DNA of 63,561 nucleotides, the filler included, from Vannella sp. (taxonomy: Eukaryota), in the NCBI GenBank assembly GCA_023345925.1. It is 7 parts of 7 records of this genome, joined end to end, with 100 filler letters (N's around TTAATTAATTAA, not from the genome) between each part and the next. Parts side by side here need not be neighbours in the genome. Positions count along the whole stretch, not along the records: positions 13,160 to 27,223 come from JAJQQN010000879.1; positions 27,324 to 34,428 come from JAJQQN010000558.1; positions 34,529 to 45,337 come from JAJQQN010001224.1; 4 more parts are not named here. One strand, written 5' to 3'. The notes under the pieces are model-generated. The model made no database searches, was not told where the DNA came from, and saw only the letters and a program-made list of their open reading frames with translations. Below are positions 23,901-34,702 of the stretch, one piece after another; the first letter of the stretch is position 1; every line of letters starts with the position of its first letter. The translations under genes were made by a program, and so were the position numbers.

Positions 23901-26900
23901 AGCTCATCCACTGATGCCCATCAACCCCTTCGCCGACTCGTATGTTCTCTGATAGCGGCAATGGCGAAAGCTTGTGGAGTGGAGAAGAAGCTCTTCAATC
24001 TTGAGCGCATGGGCATGTCCACAATCACGGGCTCCAAAGCGCTTCAGCACATCATCCAGCAAGCTTACATTGCACGAGGAGCTGTTTTGCATCAGATGTC
24101 ACACGAATTAGATGAAGTGAGGGAGCACCCTGAAGCAGAACACGAAGATGAGCTAATTGATGAGGAAGCTCAAATTGCCCGAGAATGTGGCATTCTTGAG
24201 GGATTAGTGAAGCCTATGATTGACCGAGCACACTTTTTGATTGAATATGTTCGTCCAGCCATTGTTGAAGAGTCTGAATTTCAATTCCTTTCAAGCAGCC
24301 CCATCAGCACTGTTTCTGGCTTCATTCGTTCCAGAAAGAAAGCAAAGGGTCAAGTCACTCCTCAAAGCCCTAACGGAGAAGAGGAAGACTTTTCTTTCCT
24401 GCGATCGAGTGCACCAGGAGGTGGACATCGTTTGATCCACGTCTCAGGTCCCTCTGACGATTTGGCAACATCGCCTCTCATGTCGCCATTACGAGCTGCA
24501 AAGCAAAGGCTGGAGTCCTTCCTACCCATCAATAGAGAGTCGAATATCTCAGAGCAGGACAAGGTCATCAATCAAGCAATCGCATTCATTCGAGGAACCC
24601 AGGATCTGAATGCCCTTTCTGACGCTGCAAAGCTTCATTTTCGGAGAGAGCATCAAGTGGCCGAAGCAATCAACGAGCTTGCTGAGGAGCTGGTGACAAT
24701 CAACAAGGCTGGATTGCCATATTCAGTTGGTTGTGTTCTTCTTCAAGCCAGTACTGGGCAACTTGGACTCGTCAACTCGTTCCATTTGGACGAAACAATC
24801 ATCAAAGAAGAAGAGGTCATCCAATCCGTCCGAAAGCTCTTCAATGTGTTATCTGAGGTATTCGCGTCCCTCCAATATGAACATGGCGACCGCAACTTAG
24901 CCACTGTTTACGCGCTTGCAATCATTCAAATGATCAGTTTCCTTTCCGGTGCTTTCAAGTTATGCCCTCCAGTAGCATTCTTTGACGCCTGTTTCAATTT
25001 GGAGGAGGTGAACAAGGGAGAGTTTACCTTATCTGATGTTGAAAGAGAAATACTCTCTTGCGTCACAGCATCAACCAACGATTCTGAGGCGCCTGTTGAA
25101 CGATTCATGGAGCTGATTCATTTCAGCTTGACCCAATCCTTAATCAAAGGGCGCGCTCTTTCCAATTGTACACAGCTTTTACAAATCATCTCCGGCGTGC
25201 CATCCGTCAGAAGGATCCTTTCCTCTCCACTCTGGGTTGATTTGCTATTTCGCCTGGTAGCAAGCTGGAGTTTGCTTGCTCAGTCAAATAGTATTCAATT
25301 GCTTCGGCGTTCACTTCCTGAAATCTGTGGCGACACATCGGATTGGAAGAACATGCGAAGCATCACAGAACATCTTTTCCGCTTATTGGAAGACGAGAAT
25401 TTGGATCACCTTGTGGATGTTTCATTGCGCATGGAGGGAGCTGACGATATTCTATCAATATCAGGCGAATCTGAACCGATTATCACCATCAAATGGCCGG
25501 CTTACTCCCCAGTAGAAAGCTTCGTAGGACAGGGAATTCATGTTTATTTCCCATCTGATACTTTTCAATTCACTTGCTTCATTTTCAAGTTTGAAATTCT
25601 GAAATGGCCGGCAGGTACTTCTTTGCTGATAAGCGTCGGAGAGAACAGCTTCCAAATCCCTGACATCCATCAGGCAGAGGGATCTTTTGTGACCATCGTC
25701 TTGCAGCCGGTCATTCAATTTGAAGGTCTTGGCAATGTGACGGTGCAGGTGGGTACCAATGGAAAATTGATCACGCATGAATTTCCTTCGACCAATCCTC
25801 GGGTCATCTTCCTGGCAGCTTGCATCAACAAGCCCCACATAGACCAAGAGAACAGTGTCCAGTTCCGATACATGACCCCAAAGGCTTCCAATTTTGTTCC
25901 CTCTTGTGGCTTGCTCAACAGCGGTGCTGTTGTACAAGCAGCCTCCCAGATTCTTCGTGATCTTCATCATCATTCGCAGTGGAAACCGTTCATCGACAAT
26001 CACATTCACCAGGTGTTTGTGAACTCTTCACTTGGTGGAAATGCCAAAGAAGTCTTGGGTGTCGCCCGGATGATTGGCGGACTCTATGATGGCTGCTACT
26101 GCGGTGGTCTTGTGGATACCCCAGATGGCTTGGCGACAGTTCAAGTCATTGATGTTTTACTCAAACCGCGGATGTTTGCAATAGCTCCTGGTTCTGATCC
26201 TGCAATGGTCAATGATTTCTTTTTTTTACAACTTTGGCAGGCCGAACCTGCTCACAATCGTGATGTGCAAGTCTCACAACTTCCTCTGTCTGCTGATTCC
26301 TTCCGTTCCCTTCTTAAAAATGTGGACTGTCTGGCTGAGAGTGCATCATGGCAGGATGGTCTTCGATGCATCGCAATTCTTAAAGCAGTTTCCAAGTGCG
26401 TCTCTTCTCTTGTGGGACGAACCTTCTTGCTTGAAGTGTTCGAGTTGGACCCCCACTTACAAGATAAGCTGCTTACGATAGCAAACTTACCGAGCAGTTT
26501 GAATCTTGTATGGTCTCGCGATCTTCTTGAAGAGGCGATTTTCAACACGATTGGATTTCTCAAAGAAAACAGCTTTTTTGGAGATGCAAATGAACCCACC
26601 GAAGACAACATCCCTCCTGTGGAAAAGCAAGCTGCTCCTGATGCATCTCCTCCTTCTGAAATCAATTGGACACGCCTAATCAGTAAGATAGAGAGTCAAA
26701 AGATCATCGCTAGGCCGCTGTTTAACCCAAAGGAAAGTCGTCCTGCCCATGTTATGAGGAGCGATGTTGTGGAACTCTACAAAGGAGCGAAATCGTCAAG
26801 CAAAAAATCAAAGGAGCACCTCATTCGCTTGCTTCAAAGAGAACTTCTCAGTGTCTTTGCAAGGAGGATCATTCGAAAGTTGGCCTTTGATTTGCGATGG

Positions 26901-27223
26901 AAGACAACCTCTCATCATCTTGTTATGAAAGTCAATGCGATTTTATCCTTGATCCAAAGGAACGAAATGCGCAGGAAGCTTCCAAGTGAGCAGACGAATC
27001 CGGATTGCTTACCAATAATGATGCAATTGATTGCTTCGCAACCTGAGGCTGCGAGCATTGTCGAGATAAGAACAAAGAGGTTGATTCAAGATATTGCTTG
27101 TAAAGCGGTAGATTATGAAAGCTCCGCAAATTGGTTCCGCTCCGTGTTCAAAGCACTACCTGCAAGTTCGACTGTGATTAGTGATATCGCTGACATATCT
27201 CTCGTGCTTCTCTGCGATACTGA
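20919..27223 (+). CDS. Giant RCC1-repeat protein, HERC-like (probable E3 ligase), truncated at contig end
   Basis: More than 2100 aa open. RCC1 repeats such as [39 protein letters not shown] and MAGGATHSLALTRKGEVF. No HECT domain is visible in the available part. Confidence 0.75.
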
Positions 27224-27323
27224 NNNNNNNNNNNNNNNNNNNNNNNNNNNNNNNNNNNNNNNNNNNNTTAATTAATTAANNNNNNNNNNNNNNNNNNNNN
27301 NNNNNNNNNNNNNNNNNNNNNNN
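27224..27323. other. Artificial contig spacer
   Basis: N-run/TTAATTAATTAA/N-run. Confidence 0.98.
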
Positions 27324-27654
27324 TTTCTCAGTTGTGCTGTCTTGTTTGCCCTGGACCTCGAAAAGCATAAGTCGTTCGCGTTGCCTGAACCACAACTCTA
27401 CTTCACGAAACGGATATCATTTATTATTCTGAGAACACTCATTTAAGTGGAAAACGTAGGGAAGGCCTTCCTTACGACCCACGAATTCCCTCATCCCTCC
27501 AGGACAAGAGGTCTCCTCCACCGACCAATCAAAACGACTGTACGGCCGGATCATGTTTTGTTATGTTTGAAGCAGTGATTTGTAGAGTACGGGCGGATGC
27601 AATAAAATCAGAGGCTGTAAAGCGCTCACCATTTTGAAGGCTGTCGGGTCGGTG

Positions 27655-29716
27655 ATGACCTCAGCTGAGGTGGAGGAGTTTCTGCGGCGGTGTGCCAAGG
27701 GGGACAAGCCTGCGGTCATCAAAGCGGTCAAGAAGTTTGGAAAGGATATTCTGAAGAGGACTGGTGCGGAGTACGGGCAAACTCCGCTTCACGTTTGCTG
27801 CGAGAACGGGCGAGACGAGCTTGCTTCGTACCTGCTGCAGGATCGCTTCAGTGGATTTGTCAATGTGCATGCCACGGAGAAGAATGGATGGACTCCCCTT
27901 CATGCTGCGTGCAAAGGCGGGCACATGGACATCATTGAGATGCTCCTCAAGAGAGGCGCTGTCCTTCGAGCTGTAACCAACGAAGGAGCCACTCCTCTGC
28001 ACTACTTTGTCCGTCTGGGAGAGGGCGATGATCCTGTCAAGCACAACCGCATCATGAAGACCATCATGCAAGGCTCCTTCATCGACGCAGAGAACAAACA
28101 CGGCCAGACCCCGCTCCATCAAGCTGCAGGCAACTCTCGCTTCCAGAATGTGATCTACCTCATCCAACAGAACGCTGATTGCAACAAAAGAGATCGCCAT
28201 GGGGACACGGCTCTTCACTTTGCTGCTCGCGTGAACAACGCGGAGAGTGGAGAGCTCCTCCTGCGCTTCCATGCAGACCCAACGATCACCAATGTGGAGG
28301 GAACAACGCCTTACTCTCTCGTGCGCAAGTGGGATTCTGCTTTCCGGCAGTCTCTCATCAACTGGTACCTCGAAAAGAACCGCGAGATGCCTCCCGAGAT
28401 GGTGCAGGACTTGGAATCTCAAACAGACAGTGGCTCAGAGACCAGGGCTCGTGCTGAGTCTGCAAGGACTTCCGCTCGACCGGCGAGCACCTTAATTCCA
28501 AGTAAGTTACTGAATTTCCTCCTCTTGAGCCTCTCATTGACATCCGCTCGTCCATTCAGTCCTCTCACGAGAGAAGGAGATGGGCCGTGTCACATCTCAG
28601 CGCCAAATGGGAAGTCCACCAGGTAATATTCTCGTTCGTGACTGTTAATCGAGTGATCTGACGAATGCGAAGGGTTTTCGCCTGCGCGCGTTCTCCGAAG
28701 GCGCTCCAATTCACTGGCGCTTACAGAGCAATATGAATCCCCGGAACCTGCCGGAGAAGAGGTCTCACAACGGATTGAGAGTCTCTTCCAGCGGGCGGCG
28801 GAAAGAGACAGCAAAAACAAACATGGAGGAGACCCTGAAGTTCAGAGGAATCCTCCTGATAGTCCTTCGCGAGACTCAGGCAATCAGACCCTCCTCCGCA
28901 TTAACCGGTTCAAGAATAACGTTGCAGAGGTTGTCGACATTCGGGACATTCAGGAAGTCCGTGTGCCGAGTTATGAGGAAGGCACTTCTAGTGGAAAGAC
29001 CACTCCTATTTGGGACCTTTCAGAGTCAGAGAAACTCGAATCGGTTAGCGAACTCTCTTTGGAAGATACACCGCAACAACGACAGGGATTGCCCATTCTC
29101 AGCCTTTCTCTGAATAGTCTGGTTTCCGACTTGAATGGTTCGTCCCTCTTTCGCCTGGCTATCATCCACTAATTCCCTTTCAGGAGGCTGGGTGTGCCAA
29201 GGGTGCAACACAGAAACTCAAGGAGAGGTTCCACTTGTGTTGGCGTGTGCGTATCCTGACGAATATCACTTGATGGAGGAGAAAGATCGGGAGAGTGTGC
29301 GAATGTCAGCTGATCTTTGCCTCATCAGCGGGAAGACTCCCAAACACTTTGTTCGAGGTCTCTTGGAGATGCCTTTGTTGCTGGATGGCCTCAGTCAGGG
29401 CATGAGAGAGCTTGCTCCGTTTGTATTAACGTGGGGCGTGTGGGTGGCTGTATCACAGGTGGATTTCGACCTTATTGTGGCGGGTTGGAGCCGACCAGAA
29501 GTGTTGGTTGTACCGGCTACTTTGGCCAACAACTTACCGACTTATTCAAAGTCTGTTGGAACCTCTGCTACCCTCACCACCAGAGGCGGGCTACGCCCTC
29601 TAGTTAACATCACCAGCTCTACTGATGCCACTCTGATTGAACATCATACCAAAGGCATACCGAAAGAGGAATTGGCTGCAACTCTCAATACTGTTTTCGC
29701 TGAGCGTTCCCGCTGA
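27655..29716 (+). CDS. Ankyrin-repeat protein with C-terminal DUF2199-like domain, multi-exon
   Basis: ANK repeats GQTPLHVCC, GWTPLHAAC, GATPLHY, GQTPLHQAA and GDTALHFAA; low-complexity linker; last exon WVCQGC...AYPDEY...ADLCLI...HFVRGLLEMPL...WGVWVAVSQVDF. Confidence 0.8.
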
Positions 29717-29828
29717 AATAAACATCCAATCCATATCTGAACCTGTCACATTGGCGCAAACAATTGTATTGAGTTAAGAGATTTTTCTTGAGACATTTGA
29801 AAGTGGAGCGAAGTCGGTCCGGAAAGTT

Positions 29829-32800
29829 ATGGGAAATGCCCAAAAAAGGCTCGAGGGAGTCTCCACGAGCCATGGCCATGGTTGGTGGTCAAGGTTGGCA
29901 ATTTCGCTTATTTTCTGGGATGTCCTCGCAGCAGTGGGCCATCGACCTCCCTGCACTTGCTCGCGACTCGTTTCGGCAGTGGAAGAAGGTGTTTTTTCGA
30001 TTGAGGGAAGGACATGAACCAACCGTTCACCTCTTCCACAAAGCTAGCTCTTTGCAAGCCTTCATTACAGTCAAGCTGGCTCACTTCTCCGTCTCTTTAG
30101 TGCAGAAGAACATCAGCTTTTGTAAGAGGAAGAAGAGTCCTATCTTCGTCCAGTTCTCCTCCTCCTCTGAAGCGGAGGAAATCATGAAACGCCTCCGCGT
30201 GAGTCGACACCTCCTTCCCCCTTCATCTTCTCCTATTCACACCAGGCTAGCCTTACTCTCGCGACTGTGCCAGCACTATCTCCATCATCGACTTCCCTGA
30301 ACCCACCGTGATGGGTACGAACCCGTCCTCCTTCTCCCTCAGGAAGGAGAAAACTAACGCGCAAGGGCAGCCAATGATTTGGGCGAGATCATGGAGGTCA
30401 ACAAAGGAATGGCGCATCTGTTTGGATACACCCCGCAAGAGATGATCGGCCAGAACGTGAGGATACTCATGGAGAAGGCGGTGGGCGACAACCATCACCA
30501 GCTCATGATGAACTACTTCAAGACGGGAGTTCGTCGGCTGATTGGTAAGCCTCGTCTCGTCAAAGCGTGTCACAAAGACGGTACAGTCTTCCCTGTGACC
30601 ATCTCCTTGGGCGAGTTGGTCGAGAACATCGACGGCATTGAAGTCTTCCGCCTTTTGGGGATGTTCACGACTGTGGACGACATGGATGCTTCCATGGCCA
30701 CCTTAACAGAAGCCTCCACTGCCTTCTCGGAAGACGAGTGGTCTGATGAAGAAGGAGAAGGCCCGGACGCGTCCTTCACGTTGGAGCCTTTCGTCAACGT
30801 CATCGACAAGCTCGCGTCGCCTTGGAGGGAACGCATTGCCACTACAGCTGACATAGAGGATCTTCTACGGCGCTTTGCCAAGGGGGACAAGCCTGCGGTC
30901 ATCAAAGCGGTCAAGAAGTTTGGAAAGGACATTCTGAAGAGGACTGGGGCGGAGTACGGGCAAAGCCCGCTTCACGTTTGCTGCGAGAACGGGCGAGACG
31001 AGCTTGCTTCGTACCTGCTGCAGGATCGCTTCATCGCGCTTGTCAATGTGCATGCCACGGATAAGAATGGATGGACTCCCCTTCATGCTGCGTGCAAGGG
31101 CGGGTTCATGGACATCATTGAGATGCTCCTCAAGAGAGGCGCTGTCCTACGTTCTACTACCAACGAAGGAGCCACTCCTCTGCACTACTTTGTCCGTTTG
31201 GGAGAGGGAGATGATCCTGTCAAGCACAACCGCGTCATGAAGGCCATCATGCAAGGCTCCTTCATTGACGCAGAGAACAAACACGGCCAGACTCCTCTTC
31301 ATCAAGCTGCAGGCAACTCTCGCTTCCAGAATGTGATCTACCTCATCCAACAGAACGCTGATTGCAACAAAACGGATCGCCACGGGGACACGGCTTTGCA
31401 CTTTGCTGCTCGCGTGAACAACGTGGAGAGTGGAGAGCTCCTCCTGCGCTTCCACGCAGACCCAACGATCACCAATGTGGAGGGAACAACGCCTTACTCC
31501 CTCGTGCGCAAGTGGGACTCCACCTTCCGACGCATTCTCATCAAGTGGTACCTGGAGAAAGGTCGAGAGATGCCTCCAGAGATGGTGGAAGACTTGGAAT
31601 CCCAATCAGAGGAAGACCAGTCATCTCTAAAGGCTATTAGTCGGCCCATGAGCACTATGAGCCTCAGTAAGTGATTGGATTCCCTTTTGTGGCTCGTCGA
31701 ACTGACTATTCCAACAAGGCACTCAAACTGCTTCGAGAGAGGGAGAGACGAGGGGCCGTGTGATGTCCATGCGGCAAGCGGGGAGCGCGCCAGGTGAGTA
31801 ACTCTCTCCTTGTTTGCTGGAGCCGGTCGGTTCATGAGCTGACGTTCGAAAAGGAGCCATTCCGCAGCGGGGGATTCATCGAAGGAGGTCAAACTCTCTG
31901 GCATTGGGAGAAACGGGCGAATCGGAGGCGGTAGAGGAAGTCTCTCAAAGACTGGAAAGTCTCTTCCAGCGAGCGGCAGAGAGGGAAAGTACCAAGAGCA
32001 AGCAAGGCGGCTCAGACAGTCCAAGTACATTGGCTGATGGACTCCGAACAAAGTCAGACAATCCAGCAGCTCCCCGAATCAACAAGAAAGAGGAAACTGG
32101 TGATGGCGTTGAAGTTTCCAACGAGGATCACTCAGCCAGTGTGGCCAGCGTCCCAAACTCGCCTCTTTCAGAATCAGAGAAACTTGAAACAATCAGCGAA
32201 CTCTCTTTAGGAGATGTGCAACAGCGGCCGTCGTTATCTAGTCGCAGTGTGTCACTGAATAGGATGGTTCCTGATTTGAATGGTCAGTCACAAGTCTTTT
32301 GCATTTCCAGAGACTAATGGCTTGACTAGGAGGCTGGGTGTGCCAAGGATGCAGCACAGAAACTCAAGGAGAGGTCCCACTTGTGCTGGCGTGTGCGTAT
32401 CCCGACGAATATCACTCGATGGAGGAGAAAGATCGAGAGACTGTCCGAATCTCAGCTGATCTTTGCCTCATCAGCGGGAAGACTACCAAACACTTTGTTC
32501 GAGGTCTCTTGGAGATGCCTTTGTTGCTGCAGGGCATCAGCGATTCCTCCGCATTTGTGTTAACGTGGAGTTTGTGGGTCGCTGTTTCTCAAGTCGATTT
32601 TGATGAGATTGTGGCGGCCTGGAGCCAACCAGAAGTGCTGACCAAATCCGGCACTTTGGCCAACAAACTGCCCACTTACTCAGGCTCTACTGGCACCTCT
32701 GCCATCCTTACCACCAGAGGCGGGCTACGTCCTCTCATTAACCTCTCCAAGGCAGCAGACACCGCTTTGTTCGAGCATCACACCAAAGGCCTGACGAAAG

Positions 32801-32877
32801 AGGAACTGGCGGTTGCTCTCGCTGTTGTCTCCATGGGAGTCCAAGACCGTGCACGCCTCGGAGCATCGTTATCTTGA
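29829..32877 (+). CDS. PH-like + FixL-type heme-PAS + ankyrin + DUF2199-like protein, multi-exon; tandem paralog of 27655-29716
   Basis: MGN start; RQWKKVFFRL...VQFSSSSEAEEIMKRL (PH-like); spliced PAS FPEPTVMANDLGEIMEVNKGMAHLFGYTPQEMIGQNVRILM...H...LIGKPR...HKDGTVFPVTISLGE; ANK block nearly identical to the paralog; DUF2199-like last exon. Confidence 0.8.
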
Positions 32878-32967
32878 AAGAATTGTAAAACTTATAACAA
32901 ACCAAACCAAACCAACCCCATCCGGAAGCTTCATGTGAAGATTCCCATTTCAAGGGCGGAAGGGAAC

Positions 32968-33861
32968 ATGAACACGGAAACGAAGGGGACGGTTAGCGAT
33001 GTGTGGAAGGACGGTAACAATGTGCAGGAGGGTGTGAAGCTCGACTTGGTGGCTCATTTGAAGAACGCCAATCAGCGTCCGGAGGCTGCCAAGCTGAAGG
33101 CGCGAGGGTTGGAGTTGTGCCAATTGGGTGACTCCGAGGCTCCGAACATCCTTGATGTTGGATGTGGCATCGGCAGCGACATGCTCCGCATGGTGGAGGT
33201 TCTAAAGAAGGAGAACAAGGCGGCGTCCATCACGGGAGTCGACTTCAACGCCGAGATGATCGCCGCTGGGCAGTACATCTTCGCCAATGAGGTCTCCCTC
33301 CCCCAGAACATCTCCGTCTCCTTCTGTAAGATGGATGCCACCGCTATGGACCTTCCTTCGACCTCTTTTGACCTGATCTTCATCTCCTGCACTCTCCAGC
33401 ACATCCCAAGAGAGCAAGGCGCTCTCGTCATTGCTGAAGCTCATCGCTTGCTCAAGCCCTCAGGCCGTCTGGTCATCATAGAGCCAGAGCAGTCTATGAT
33501 GACCTTCTTCACTCCCAACGCGCAGCTTCAAGCGCAATTGGACCGAATCTACGGACATCTTCCCATGGCCAACAGTCGCGCGGGCAGCTCGTTGTACTGG
33601 ACTTTGAAGGCGAATGGCTTTGCTGTACGAGAGAAGGAGGCTATGGCTACTCTAGGTAGCGATCTGAAGGGGCAGGACCCGGGATGGGTGAAGTTACGAG
33701 GATTGTGTGGGATGGCCGTCGCGAAGGGCTTCATGACGCAGGAGGATTCAGACTCTTTCGTGTCTTTGTATGTTTCTGCGGCAGAGGACGAGGATATCCT
33801 GTTCACCAGCGTCGCCTTCCTGTACTTGGCTTCTCCTTTGAAGGAGGAAGGATCTGCTTGA
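32968..33861 (+). CDS. Class I SAM-dependent methyltransferase (UbiE-like), intronless
   Basis: ILDVGCGIG, GVDFNAEMI, MDATAMDLPSTSFDL, EAHRLLKPSGRLVIIE. Confidence 0.9.
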   Translation: MNTETKGTVSDVWKDGNNVQEGVKLDLVAHLKNANQRPEAAKLKARGLELCQLGDSEAPNILDVGCGIGSDMLRMVEVLKKENKAASITGVDFNAEMIAAGQYIFANEVSLPQNISVSFCKMDATAMDLPSTSFDLIFISCTLQHIPREQGALVIAEAHRLLKPSGRLVIIEPEQSMMTFFTPNAQLQAQLDRIYGHLPMANSRAGSSLYWTLKANGFAVREKEAMATLGSDLKGQDPGWVKLRGLCGMAVAKGFMTQEDSDSFVSLYVSAAEDEDILFTSVAFLYLASPLKEEGSA

Positions 33862-34428
33862 GAACTTTGTGGAATGCAAGGGAGATTCTTATGTCCTCCC
33901 GATAAAACGCCATTTCCACCTGTTTGGCCCCAGAAGGAACTGGCACCTGCAAGGGGTCCTCCTCCAAAGAGCTGAAAGAGAAATATTTGTTCTTCGGAAG
34001 TGCTTTGTTCTCTTCAAAGCTCCCAAAGTCGTGTGCGGTTACCCTCCGGATTCTCTCGCTATGGTTGTGATGTGGCTGCCTCTTCATATAGCTCATCACA
34101 GTTCCTGTCGGAAACCGGACTGGAGCCCTTCTCTTTGGTTCCAAACAGCTTCGTTGCAACTGCAAGTATGTTTCTCAAAGTGAGAGCGCGAGTTCGGTGA
34201 GTACAGGACATAGGAAAGTAGACCCTTCCAGCAAGAGACATCAGAGAATGGAAGGAATAACAACACACCTTTCTCCTACGTGAGGAACGAAGTCTTTCCT
34301 TTCCTAGTACTTTCCCGATCTTTCCCGTATCCTTCAGGGTATCACTGATTGAGCAGTGCTGGTTAGGAAACTCATGCAATGGCACATGGGAAACGTGCCA
34401 GCGCAAGAGAACGGTTCTTGTGGCAAAA

Positions 34429-34528
34429 NNNNNNNNNNNNNNNNNNNNNNNNNNNNNNNNNNNNNNNNNNNNTTAATTAATTAANNNNNNNNNNNNNNNN
34501 NNNNNNNNNNNNNNNNNNNNNNNNNNNN
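34429..34528. other. Artificial contig spacer
   Basis: N-run/TTAATTAATTAA/N-run. Confidence 0.98.
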
Positions 34529-34702
34529 ATCCAAAAGCCCAAAGGCGTGATTACCCAAAGGGCAGAGAGAAGCCAATGGATGGACTTTGCTGACTCGCTC
34601 AAGTCCTCCCAATCAGCCCAGAAGACCAGATGACTTCTTGTCGACGAGATTTTCACATTTTTCTTGATTTGAGTGAAAGGGAAGCATTTATTTGGGTTGC
34701 GG

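Noticed and set aside
27661..28422. Long antisense ORFs over the ankyrin genes, RPL32, kinesin and others
   Set aside because: Shadow ORFs from codon bias of the real gene on the opposite strand.
33803..34428. Fragmentary ORFs at contig end
   Set aside because: Truncated, no assignable homology or consistent exon chain.
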